Part shown: in pieces, positions 28,009 to 37,372 of the stretch
Layout of the letters: each line of letters starts with the position of its first letter
Numbering within the stretch: position 1 is the stretch's first letter
NCBI GenBank assembly: GCA_035403545.1
Contig: DAONFJ010000001.1
Span: 7,013-71,012 of the forward strand
Source: Spirochaetota bacterium
GTDB taxonomy: Bacteria > Spirochaetota > UBA4802 > UBA5550
Length of the DNA: 64,000 bases
Direction: 5' to 3'
Notes under the pieces: model-generated
Told to the model about the DNA's origin: nothing
What the model saw: only the letters and a program-made list of their open reading frames with translations
Databases searched by the model: none
Position numbers and translations under genes: made by a program

Positions 28009-28635
28009 ATGAGCGTAAAATCTTTAACAGCAGTTTCAAGAGACAAAACAGGGAAAAATAATTGCAACAGGCTCAGGGCGGAAGGATTTATTCCAGCTGT
28101 TGTATATTCACATGGTAAATCAGAAGCTATAAAAATACAGGAAAAAGAATTCTTAACTCTTTTTAAAGGCCATATTTCAGAAAGCGTTATTTTTGATCTG
28201 CATGTATCAGGCGAACCTGATTTGATGGCATATGTAAAAGATTTCCAGAAAGATCCGGTTAGCGGAAGTATTCTCCATCTTGATCTTTTTAAAGTAACTA
28301 AAAGTGAAAAAATCAAAACTCACGTTCCGATTGAACTTGTAGGAACTCCTGCAGGAATAAAATTAGGCGGAGTTCTTAAGCAGGTCGAAAGGGAATTAAT
28401 GATTCAGTGTCTGCCTGGAAATCTTCCTGAAAAAATAACTATAGATATTTCAGCAATGCTTACCGGTGATACAATTCATGTTAGTGATATTGTTCATGGA
28501 TCTGAATTTGAAATTTTAACAACAGCTAATAATGTAGTTGCTGCAGTTGAAAGGCCTAAAGCTGTTGCTGAAGAAACTGAATCTGCAGAACAGCCAGCTG
28601 CAGTTGAAGCAGCGGCAGATTCCGGGAAGGAATAA
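28009..28635 (+). CDS. rplY: 50S ribosomal protein L25 / general stress protein Ctc
   Basis: The N-terminus MSVKSLTAVSRDKTGKNNCNRLRAEGFIPAVVY matches the L25/Ctc family, with an acidic Ala/Glu-rich tail. AAGGGG site upstream. Confidence 0.85.
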   Translation: MSVKSLTAVSRDKTGKNNCNRLRAEGFIPAVVYSHGKSEAIKIQEKEFLTLFKGHISESVIFDLHVSGEPDLMAYVKDFQKDPVSGSILHLDLFKVTKSEKIKTHVPIELVGTPAGIKLGGVLKQVERELMIQCLPGNLPEKITIDISAMLTGDTIHVSDIVHGSEFEILTTANNVVAAVERPKAVAEETESAEQPAAVEAAADSGKE

Positions 28636-28732
28636 TAATTCAGCCCGGGAATAAAATTTTTTATGAAACTTTAAGTCCGGCCGAATGTCTAACTAAGATG
28701 CTGGTTAAAAGTTTTTTAAAGGGGTATATTTA

Positions 28733-29368
28733 TTGAAATTAATAGTCGGTTTCGGTAATCCGGGCGAAAGATTTGCAAATAACAGGCAGAATATCGGTTT
28801 TAAAGTAATCGATATTCTGGCTAATAATGAAAACATAGAAGTTAGGATTAAAAAGAAGAAATCTATTATCGGCCGCGGTAAAATACAGAAAAATGACGTA
28901 GTACTCCTCAAACCTCAGACTTTTGTAACTCTTATCGGAGAGTCAGTTTTATACATAGCTTCATTTTTAAGAATCAATGTTAAAGATATTATCTGTATAG
29001 TTGAGGATTCATCTCTTGATCTTGGTGAACTGAGGATTGATTATCTTCAGTCCGATCTTAATCATGCAGGTGTTGATTCAATGGCTGTTGCTCTTAAGTC
29101 AGAAAAATTCGCGAAAGTAAGAGTTGGAGTCGGTGAGTGCCCTGAGGGGACATCGATGGAGGACTATCTTTTACAGGATTTTACTTTTGAAGAAAATCTT
29201 CTTCTAATTGATATACTTAACAAGGCCGAACAGGCCGTAAGAATGCTTGTCACTAATAATATTGAAGAAGTTCAGGAGAAATATAATCCTGAAGGAGCAC
29301 CCAAGATTAAGAAAAGACAGGTCAAAGCAATCCATATTGATCACCGCAAATCCCAAAAAAACAGTTAG
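28733..29368 (+). CDS. pth: peptidyl-tRNA hydrolase with a ~20-aa Lys-rich C-terminal extension; TTG start
   Basis: MKLIVGFGNPGERFANNRQNIGF... matches the Pth N-terminus. It sits in the conserved prs-ctc-pth order. AAAGGGG lies 9 nt upstream of the TTG. Confidence 0.85.
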   Translation: MKLIVGFGNPGERFANNRQNIGFKVIDILANNENIEVRIKKKKSIIGRGKIQKNDVVLLKPQTFVTLIGESVLYIASFLRINVKDIICIVEDSSLDLGELRIDYLQSDLNHAGVDSMAVALKSEKFAKVRVGVGECPEGTSMEDYLLQDFTFEENLLLIDILNKAEQAVRMLVTNNIEEVQEKYNPEGAPKIKKRQVKAIHIDHRKSQKNS

Positions 29369-29384
29369 ATGACATCTAACTGTT
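29360..29384. terminator. 25-nt perfect palindrome AACAGTTAGATG-a-CATCTAACTGTT spanning the convergent stop codons of pth and the CDP-alcohol phosphatidyltransferase gene
   Basis: Each arm contains the TAG stop (29366-29368 on +, 29376-29378 on -). Both proteins end in ...NS*. Confidence 0.45.
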
Positions 29385-30506
29385 TCCTTTAACAAAATCC
29401 TTTATATACTTAAAATGTATTCTGGTAAGAATTACTGCTGCTGCAAAAAGTACAAATGCCGCCATGGGAATAATTATATATATATGGCCGGTAAATCCGA
29501 TTAAAAAGAAAAATATAGAAAACATCTCTTTTTTTGTAAGGTATTTCATGCTTAAAGCGAATTTAACGAGCTTATCGTCTGATGGTAATGTCTGAAGAAA
29601 TTCCCTGTCATAAGCCACAAGTGATCCTGAATCGCTGAATTTAGAGAGATAGTTCACCATTATACTGAGCATTACTGAAAGAGAAACAAAAAGAATCAAT
29701 ATTGTAATGAGGGAAATAGTTCCACCCATTACTGTATAAAAAAGATATGAGTTTGAAATCAGGAATAAGAGAAGTGTTGTATTGTCTCCGAATGTATCAA
29801 GCCATCCGCCGATTTTTGAAACTTTAAGTGTATATTTTGCCACTTCACCATCTACGCCGTCTAAAACTGACGCCGCCTGGAACAGAAATCCTCCGAGAAC
29901 CATGTACCAGTATATCGTCTTTGGAGAATAATTTTTATCAGCAGCCAGAAATATAAAGTATGAACTCAGCACTCCTATTATTATATTAATAATAGTGAGA
30001 TAATTCGGGTGAATGCGGGTTTTCGATACTTTTATGCTTATAGGGATTGAAATCCTTTTATTTATTTTCTGGGCAATAAATCCGCCGGTATTTTTAATAA
30101 TATATTCCGAAATGAGTTTTTCAGCTTTTTTAATATCTGCTTTTTCTTTTACTTCAAAAAGTTCATCTGACAATATTGGGAGATAAGACCCTTTCTCTTT
30201 TTTAAAATATTTATCCGGATAGTTTAAGTAGTGCTGCTGAAGAAAAATTTCAGGTTTTAGAACAAGAGAGTTTTTGTCAGGAGTTATTTTCCTGTCCGTT
30301 ATTATCTCTGTTTCAGAGCTCTTTATATGTCTAAGAATTTTTTTATTAAATAACTCAAGATCACCGGGGGTAAAATCGAGAAAAATTTTCTTTATACCGC
30401 AGCGTGAGAGAAGTATTATATTCCGCTCAAGGAGGTATAAACCGGTTATTTTTTTATTTACTGCTTCTGTAATCGGTCCTTTAATTACGACACTTTCTAT
30501 CGACAT
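29376..30506 (-). CDS. CDP-alcohol phosphatidyltransferase family protein with an N-terminal nucleotidyltransferase-like domain
   Basis: Membrane C-terminal half with DGVDGEVAK...GGWLDTFGDN (D-G-x2-A-R...G-x3-D-x3-D signature). The N-terminal ~150 aa are soluble, with a GlmU/IPCT-like segment ITGLYLLERNIILLSRCGIKKIFL. AAGGAG site 5 nt upstream. Confidence 0.7.
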   Translation of the reverse strand: MSIESVVIKGPITEAVNKKITGLYLLERNIILLSRCGIKKIFLDFTPGDLELFNKKILRHIKSSETEIITDRKITPDKNSLVLKPEIFLQQHYLNYPDKYFKKEKGSYLPILSDELFEVKEKADIKKAEKLISEYIIKNTGGFIAQKINKRISIPISIKVSKTRIHPNYLTIINIIIGVLSSYFIFLAADKNYSPKTIYWYMVLGGFLFQAASVLDGVDGEVAKYTLKVSKIGGWLDTFGDNTTLLLFLISNSYLFYTVMGGTISLITILILFVSLSVMLSIMVNYLSKFSDSGSLVAYDREFLQTLPSDDKLVKFALSMKYLTKKEMFSIFFFLIGFTGHIYIIIPMAAFVLFAAAVILTRIHFKYIKDFVKGNS

Positions 30507-30655
30507 TAGTACTCCTTATTCTACTCTGCCACTATTTTAATGGTGCTTAGGTCATTTTTTCTTGACTTTATCCATTTAGTAAGTATTATAATTTTGATTC
30601 AATGAAAAATATTTTTTTTCATTATTTTTTCTTTAAATAGGATTCGGGGGTTTTT

Positions 30656-31420
30656 ATGTTTAGAAAAAGGTTTTTAGCATTATTTCTTGTTATAAATATT
30701 TTTGGCTTATTCAATGCAGGATATTCTCAAACTGAAGAGAAAAAGTATAATCAGCAATATAATCCTGTCTCTCTTATTAAAAGACTTAGTTATGAAAATT
30801 TTAAAAATATTAAACTTCTTCGCACTGCAATTATGAACTACGGCGGTGGAGAAGCTGAAGTACAGAAATTGATAGATCAGTATGCTGATGCGACCGCACT
30901 TTATTTTGAAGACAAGGTTGAAGAATCAGCAACCAAGTTCACTGAAAATGAGAGAGAGATTTTTAAGATAGCAAAAAAACTGGCAACCGGCTACAGTAAA
31001 GATTCATCCCAATTTTTGAAAAAAGGGATAAAACGAAATGTTCAGATTTCAATACAGCAGGAAGTAGAAGGTAAACAGCGCGATGCCGTGATGGAGAAAT
31101 ATCTTGATAATGCCAAATCCGCGCAAAAGAGGGCTAATTCCATTCTTGATGACTATAAATATACAAATGAAACAAATTCAAGCTCTGCCCAGAGATTAGT
31201 TACTTCAATTTACTATTACAGGCTGTCAAAACAGAATTTATTCCTGATGTATCAGGCATATATCGAGCCTATGAAGCTTGATCCTGATAAGAAAAAGGAT
31301 CAGGAGATGAAGGATCAGCTGTTTGATAAAATGGTAAAAGAAGACTATAAAGATGATTACAAAAAGGATCTTCAGGATAATAAAAATAAAATTTTTACAT
31401 CAATGGAGAAAAAAGTCTGA
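30656..31420 (+). CDS. secreted Lys-rich hypothetical protein
   Basis: Signal peptide LALFLVINIFGLFNAGYSQ; no recognisable motif. Confidence 0.5.
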   Translation: MFRKRFLALFLVINIFGLFNAGYSQTEEKKYNQQYNPVSLIKRLSYENFKNIKLLRTAIMNYGGGEAEVQKLIDQYADATALYFEDKVEESATKFTENEREIFKIAKKLATGYSKDSSQFLKKGIKRNVQISIQQEVEGKQRDAVMEKYLDNAKSAQKRANSILDDYKYTNETNSSSAQRLVTSIYYYRLSKQNLFLMYQAYIEPMKLDPDKKKDQEMKDQLFDKMVKEDYKDDYKKDLQDNKNKIFTSMEKKV

Positions 31421-31421
31421 T

Positions 31422-32231
31422 CTACAGATTAAGATTTAATTCTTCCTGTTTGAGTGCTTGCAGAGATAATATCCTAACTTTCTTATCTCTGTGAGTAAGA
31501 AGTTCAATAATTCTTTTTTTTGTTATACTATCAAGTTTATATCCTTTAATTTGTTCCAGCGCGGCTTTCAGGACAGAAAGGCCGCTTTCTTTATCATTGA
31601 TTATCCTGGCCAACTCCTCATAGATCAATGGATCTTTTATTTTAAGATTTGAAATAGCAGTCAGCTTTATTGAAATATTCCGGTCATTTATAGCATTGAG
31701 GATAATATCAATATATTTTATCTGAATCTCAGGATCATTTATTTTCATCAGGCCTTTTAAAGCGGCTTCTTTTACAAGCCAGTCAGCATCATCGAGTCCA
31801 TTAATAAAAATATCTTCATTAACGATATTTCCATATTCTTCAAGTGCTGAAAAAGCAAAAAATCTTACATTGGAATTTTCATCTGCGAGAGCTATACTGC
31901 CTATTCTTTCTTCAGCTGCAGGAGCCTTCATTTTCTTCAAAATTTTCAAAACTTCTATCCTCACCTCTGAATGAGAATCATCTAAAGCTTTGAGAACCAG
32001 AAGAAGGGTATTCTTGGCATAGACGGTGTTGGAGTATTTGGATATACTTTTTACAGATTCAAGCCTGGTTTCCCAGTTATCTGAATTGTAATTATTAACT
32101 GCTGATGTTATATTTTTCTGGATTTCGGCATCTTCTGTAAACTGGTTACCGGTGCTGCATCTCACAAGGATCAGTACCGACAGTAGAATAATGACCATAG
32201 AGTGTGCGGAGTGTAATTTTTTTTGAGGCAT
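31422..32231 (-). CDS. HEAT-repeat protein with a signal peptide
   Basis: Repeated alpha-helical HEAT/PBS-lyase-like units; N-terminal hydrophobic segment MVIILLSVLILVRCS. Confidence 0.6.
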   Translation of the reverse strand: MPQKKLHSAHSMVIILLSVLILVRCSTGNQFTEDAEIQKNITSAVNNYNSDNWETRLESVKSISKYSNTVYAKNTLLLVLKALDDSHSEVRIEVLKILKKMKAPAAEERIGSIALADENSNVRFFAFSALEEYGNIVNEDIFINGLDDADWLVKEAALKGLMKINDPEIQIKYIDIILNAINDRNISIKLTAISNLKIKDPLIYEELARIINDKESGLSVLKAALEQIKGYKLDSITKKRIIELLTHRDKKVRILSLQALKQEELNLNL

Positions 32232-32238
32232 ACTGTAC

Positions 32239-32962
32239 TTACTTTTTTTCTATAAAAAACCAGTCTGCCGGACCGTTTTTTTTATTATATTTTACTATTC
32301 GATTATTATCCTTTGTCAGGAAATGTCTTTCAAGCCATGAAGACCTGAGGCTGACCTGAACTTCATGCGGAGATGAAGGCGGAAAACTTTTTTTAAGAAA
32401 CGATTCATAACCGTTTTTAATTACATATGCTTCAATTATCGAAGGATCAATATTCGCGAAACCGGCTTCTCCTTTATATACAAAAATTCCTGTTTCAGAA
32501 CTTCCTGAAATAATATTCATCGTTGCGCAGACGGATTTGACCATAGCTGTCCGTGTTTTAACAATAAGAGATGCATCTAAAAAATCATTCTGCTGAATAA
32601 TTTTTAATTTTCCATAATCGGAAAATAAATTTGTGAGGGTTTTATCTTTTTTGTTTATTATGCTGAAAATAATAATGTCAGACCTTTCCATTACTTCTAT
32701 TGCAGTACCATCTTTGAGCATGATTGCCGCTTCAGATTTTTTACCGGTTATAATTCTGTCTCCGGGATAAATTAGAAGATCGTCAGGTTTACAATCGCTG
32801 GTGTCGCAGTTAATATTGGTTTTTTTTACGTATCCGCTTTTTTTTACCAGTTTGCCAATACTGTTATCCTGAGCATAAATAATTCCCGGTACTAGAAGTA
32901 TAAGAAGGATAATGTATTTTATTATTCTGATATATCTTCTCCTGTTTTTTGAGTGAGTTCAT
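32239..32962 (-). CDS. secreted hypothetical protein; its N-terminal signal peptide is encoded out of frame with the only ATG (A6 run at 32945-32950), so the coordinates assume a 1-nt correction
   Basis: Upstream of the track ORF (32239..32721) the same frame encodes RIIKYIILLILLVPGIIYA|QD, an ideal signal peptide. The ATG at 32962 is in a frame offset by one nucleotide. Confidence 0.5.
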
Positions 32963-33029
32963 AAATTTAAATCTGGTCATTCCCGTACAGGCGGGAATTC
33001 ATTTTTTCAAAGGACTATATTAAATATAA

Positions 33030-35339
33030 TCAGTTAACTGAATTTTTATATATTGTTTCGTACTGTATCATGTATTTTTTTGTTCTGAAAATATAATCTC
33101 TTGTTTCATCGAATGGAGTAAATTCTGAAAAGTGATCAATATCCTTATTTGCTGCAGCGGATTTCCACTTGTCGACATTTCCGGCACCGGCATTGTATCC
33201 TGCGACCATATATTCAATCTGGCCTTTGTAATATCTATCGAGCCAGGATATATAATTGGCACCGAATTTTATAGAAGTACACGGATCTATAAGATCGTAT
33301 TTTGGAATTTTCAGTTCTTTTGCAATTCCATTAGCCGTGGGAGGCATAAGCTGCATAAGGCCAGTCGCACCTGCGGGAGACATCGCGTTAAAATTAAAAT
33401 TTGACTCAACTTTCATCATTGAGAGTACTAAAGCAGATCTGACATTAAATGCTTTACTCTCGTCATTAACGCATTCTTCAAAAGCGTATGGATAAAGCGC
33501 TTCCGCAAACTCCCTGGAAAGCAATGGAAGATTCTCTTTTAGTTTCATCAAATGTAAAAGCCTGAACCCGTAAAAGGTTGAGTAATTGTAATATTTATGT
33601 TTTATCGAATATACGGTTAAAGCAAGAGCAAGATCGGTCTGTGCTTCTTCGTCATTTTCAGGTATAAGTTTTATTTCCCTGTTAACTGAATCGATATCTC
33701 CAGCATAAAAATATACTTCAATTTTTTTTAATAAATTTTTGTAGCTGCCGGAGTAAACAGGATTTTTTATTAAATCACTAATTTCAATATAGCGGTTTGT
33801 GACATCTGAATTGATCTGTTTTATTCTCTCTGAAACTGAATTATTATATCCGTTTTTTAAAAATAAAAGGGTATGATAAAACTGGATTTTTTTTGTATCT
33901 TTTTTGTTCTTTGCATCTTCGTATTGTTTTAACAGCATTGAAGATTCTGTTTTATCAGCTTTAATTTTCAGCAGAGTCAATGCATGATAAGTGTCAGGAT
34001 TGTTTACTGCAAGTTCGACAAGAATTTCGTCCGTAATTCCGGCCTTGATGTCTGCCGGTCTGATTTTCTGCATCCAGAATCTGCAGTATGATGTATAGCT
34101 GTTATCCGGATAATTTTTAATTCCTTTTGCGAAGTATTCAAGCGCTTTTGAATTATTCCCTGTCTTCATGTAGTAGCGGCCTATCAGCCACATAAAGCGT
34201 CCGCTCTGAGCTTCATCAGGAAATTTTTTTATGTATAATTCCATATACTTAATAAATTCAGGTCTTTTTCTCTCTTCATAATAGAACGACAGCCTGGTTA
34301 AAACTCTTTCTGATATTTCTTTATCCGGTGTTAAAGAAAGTTTATCGTAGCTTTTTACCGCTTGATATTTATTTCCTTTGTCCCAGAGAATATTGGCCAG
34401 TTCCAGCAGCAGTGCATCATAGCCCGGTTTTCCTTCTCTCTCTTTGAGGAAAGCGGATGCTTTTGAATAATTTTTTAAAGCCAGAACTTTAAGTTTAATT
34501 TTTTCTGCTAATGATGATTTATCTTTTTGAAGAATAATATCTGCAAGGAGAAGGGCTTTGTCATACTCTCCCGCATCGTAAAGTGCTGATGCAAAGTAAA
34601 GAGATTTTTCAGATGAATCAAGCCTGATTTTTTTATCATCGGTCAGATAGATCAAACGTTTAGCAGCGACACTATTCTGCCATACTCCGCTTTCTGATTT
34701 AATAACATTTATATATGAGTCGGCAGCATTATAGAAATCTCCTGCTGATTCATAGACTGCTCCGAGCCTGAGATTAATCAGAGATTGCGAATCGCTGTCC
34801 CTGTATGATGATGAAATTTTCTGAAGGTCATCGATTGCCTGTTTAAACCGGTTGAGTTTCTGAAGGGATTTGGTTTTTAGAAGAACTGATTCTCTATATA
34901 GAGCGGAATCGTCATCATCTATAAGGCTGGTGAATTTTAACACATATTCATGTTCGCCGTAGTCAAAGAATATGGATGCAATTTCGTAAATGGAATCGTT
35001 ATAGAAAATGCTCCTGCCCCTTGAAGATTCAATGAAAGTATAAACAGGCTGAGGAAACAGTCTGATATTGAAATTATATTTTTTATCAAAGCAACTGTTT
35101 GCATAATACATCAGTGCGTTTTTCAGTTCTTTTTTTTCCTTGTAGGCTTTCGCCAGAATAAAATTCTGCTGGCAGTTTCCGCTGTTTTTCCCGAACTGCA
35201 TTATGATCTGGTCCGGTTTACTGTAGAAAGCTTTTTCGGATAATCCGGCGGACAGCTCGTATCCGTTTCCCGACTCAGCGCACGAGAGTGAGATTATAGT
35301 AAAGGTGAAAAAAAGTATAGAGGGGATTCTTTTAATCAT
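33030..35339 (-). CDS. soluble lytic murein transglycosylase (Slt family) with an N-terminal superhelical/TPR-like domain
   Basis: C-terminal SLT domain (MKVESNFN...GATGLMQLMP...AGYNAGAGNV); signal peptide with a LSC lipobox-like site. Confidence 0.8.
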   Translation of the reverse strand: MIKRIPSILFFTFTIISLSCAESGNGYELSAGLSEKAFYSKPDQIIMQFGKNSGNCQQNFILAKAYKEKKELKNALMYYANSCFDKKYNFNIRLFPQPVYTFIESSRGRSIFYNDSIYEIASIFFDYGEHEYVLKFTSLIDDDDSALYRESVLLKTKSLQKLNRFKQAIDDLQKISSSYRDSDSQSLINLRLGAVYESAGDFYNAADSYINVIKSESGVWQNSVAAKRLIYLTDDKKIRLDSSEKSLYFASALYDAGEYDKALLLADIILQKDKSSLAEKIKLKVLALKNYSKASAFLKEREGKPGYDALLLELANILWDKGNKYQAVKSYDKLSLTPDKEISERVLTRLSFYYEERKRPEFIKYMELYIKKFPDEAQSGRFMWLIGRYYMKTGNNSKALEYFAKGIKNYPDNSYTSYCRFWMQKIRPADIKAGITDEILVELAVNNPDTYHALTLLKIKADKTESSMLLKQYEDAKNKKDTKKIQFYHTLLFLKNGYNNSVSERIKQINSDVTNRYIEISDLIKNPVYSGSYKNLLKKIEVYFYAGDIDSVNREIKLIPENDEEAQTDLALALTVYSIKHKYYNYSTFYGFRLLHLMKLKENLPLLSREFAEALYPYAFEECVNDESKAFNVRSALVLSMMKVESNFNFNAMSPAGATGLMQLMPPTANGIAKELKIPKYDLIDPCTSIKFGANYISWLDRYYKGQIEYMVAGYNAGAGNVDKWKSAAANKDIDHFSEFTPFDETRDYIFRTKKYMIQYETIYKNSVN

Positions 35340-36136
35340 CAGTTTTCCTTAATGTAGTTTTTGTACTCCGGAATTTTATCAAGCTCCGGGTTTAATATAA
35401 TGGTATCATACAGTGATGCGGCAGGGTCTACTTTGTAGTAATTATCAAAGTGTATTCTGCTGTACTTTTCTATATTTTCCGGGATATATTTACCAATGAG
35501 TTCTTTAACAGTATCGTATTTATTATAATTTATGCGCCCTCTTTTTTCAGGAGGTATCCTGTTTTCAATTAAAGCTATTATTGCATAGCGCTTGCAGTAT
35601 TTGGCGTTTTTTATTGCTTTAACATATTCATAAATTTTAATCGAGTAATTTTTTTCAGGGAGGTTATCGGACATTATCATTACTTTTTCGGCCCAGTCCG
35701 CGGACCGGTAGCCCAGTGACATATATTTTTTGGATGCTTTATTTCCTGTCTTAAGAACTTCCGGTGCTATTTCGTTGAGAAGGATTGCAGCGCTTTCAAT
35801 TTCACGGACTGCAATTTTACTGAAAAGATCAATCAGCAGAAGCTGAGTTGTTCTGATCTCGTTCATTGCGGGATTGAATGAAAATTTCATGTAAAGCATT
35901 CTGGAGATCAGATCACGCCTGGCTGCTTCTGTGAATATTTTTTTTTCTTCCTCAGATCCGCTGTTAGTGACGGTAGTGTTGATGAAATTAAAAAAGTACC
36001 TGTTGTCTTTAAGGCTCTTTTCTGAATGTCTCTGGTTTCCTGCACTGAGACTTGATTTGGTTCTCTGGGAGTATGAAGTATGAGTCAGAACGAGCAGGAT
36101 TATGAATGTTGGCGCTGCAATTTTTTTAAAGGTCAA
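35339..36136 (-). CDS. secreted hypothetical protein
   Basis: Signal peptide FIILLVLTHTSYSQ; overlaps the flanking genes, so it belongs to an operon. Confidence 0.5.
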   Translation of the reverse strand: MTFKKIAAPTFIILLVLTHTSYSQRTKSSLSAGNQRHSEKSLKDNRYFFNFINTTVTNSGSEEEKKIFTEAARRDLISRMLYMKFSFNPAMNEIRTTQLLLIDLFSKIAVREIESAAILLNEIAPEVLKTGNKASKKYMSLGYRSADWAEKVMIMSDNLPEKNYSIKIYEYVKAIKNAKYCKRYAIIALIENRIPPEKRGRINYNKYDTVKELIGKYIPENIEKYSRIHFDNYYKVDPAASLYDTIILNPELDKIPEYKNYIKEN

Positions 36137-37085
36137 AAATCATCCCCTCCCTTGCCAGGAGTATTTCTGTATTTACATCTGACAGAAGCTGTTTGTGTTC
36201 AAGAGCCAGCAGATAGTTTTCCTGAAGAATATCGTCAGAATAGGCTGGTTCATGATGAGTCATGATGAGTTTTTTTACATCCCAGTTTGTAGCGCAATTT
36301 ACAGCCATTGTATAGCTTGTATGCCCCCAGTCCACTTTCAGAAATGCTTCATTGAGTGTATATTGTGAATCAAGAATAAGAAGATCTGCGTTCTTGAAGA
36401 AATCAGTTGTCGGGCCTGATGATTCGATAGTTTCACCGGTGAATTCAGTGTCAGTGGCGAATATGAAAGTTTTATTATTCTGTGTGAACTTGTACGCAAA
36501 ACATCCCTGTGGATGTTTCAGGGGATATATGCTTACAAAAAGATCATCCTCCAGCTGAAGCGGAGTAGTTCTTGCGTGCTCAATAAAATGATAATTTTTT
36601 GTAGAAGCTGTCCCCTGAAATGTAGCTGGAAAATAGGGTGAGGACATCTGGTTTTCAAGGTATTCCTGCTGTTTTTTCCATGGAGAATAGAAGTTCAGAA
36701 CATTTCCCGGAACATAAATTGGTCTGAAAAATGGAAGCCCTTGAATATGATCCCAGTGATTATGGGTAATCATTATATTGAGGTTTCCTTTTCCTTTTCC
36801 GCAATCCTCATCCATCAGAACATTACCGAGTCTTCTGATACCGGTCCCGCAGTCAAGGATATAGAGTTTTCCTGAATCGGATTTAACGGTCACACATGTT
36901 GTATCACCGCCGAAAACATAACGTAGCTCGTCAGGAAGGGCGGAAATAAAGTTATCCACTTCCTCTCCGTTTTTAATCTGATTCTTAATTGCCAGGTCAA
37001 GAACTCTGCGCATCTTGCCTGTGTATTCTTCGTTGTTTATAGGAGAAGGAAGAGAGCCCCTTACACCCCAGAGTCTAATCTGCAT
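36126..37085 (-). CDS. MBL-fold metallo-hydrolase
   Basis: ITHNHWDHIQGLPFF (HxHxDH) and downstream His/Asp ligands. Confidence 0.75.
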   Translation of the reverse strand: MQIRLWGVRGSLPSPINNEEYTGKMRRVLDLAIKNQIKNGEEVDNFISALPDELRYVFGGDTTCVTVKSDSGKLYILDCGTGIRRLGNVLMDEDCGKGKGNLNIMITHNHWDHIQGLPFFRPIYVPGNVLNFYSPWKKQQEYLENQMSSPYFPATFQGTASTKNYHFIEHARTTPLQLEDDLFVSIYPLKHPQGCFAYKFTQNNKTFIFATDTEFTGETIESSGPTTDFFKNADLLILDSQYTLNEAFLKVDWGHTSYTMAVNCATNWDVKKLIMTHHEPAYSDDILQENYLLALEHKQLLSDVNTEILLAREGMIFDL

Positions 37086-37140
37086 TTTGAATACAGCTCC
37101 CTGTCATTAATAGGCGAAACGATAATTATAACTGAATTTT

Positions 37141-37168
37141 TTGTCAAATATATTAGATTTATTATAAT
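37141..37168 (+). promoter_or_regulatory. sigma70-like promoter TTGTCA-16-TATAAT
   Basis: Near-consensus hexamers. It would give a ~200-nt leader before the ATG at 37373. Confidence 0.4.
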
Positions 37169-37372
37169 ATAATCTTGATTAATTAAGCAACACATTTTAA
37201 TATTTATAATCATAGTTAATTAAAATTTATTTGAATATTTGCAATTTAACCGGCCCCAATACGCTTAAAGCTGCACGGAAAATTATGGAGAATGCCGCGG
37301 AAAAACTAACACTGTTCCATATTCCGGATTATGCATAGTTTACGCTTATAAATAATATTATTAAGGATTTTT

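Noticed and set aside
37170-37372. A riboswitch (c-di-GMP or another class) in the long leader.
   Set aside because: No match to the conserved cores I know (GEMM, L-box and others); only generic GC-richer stretches. Left as an untested leader, not a riboswitch call.
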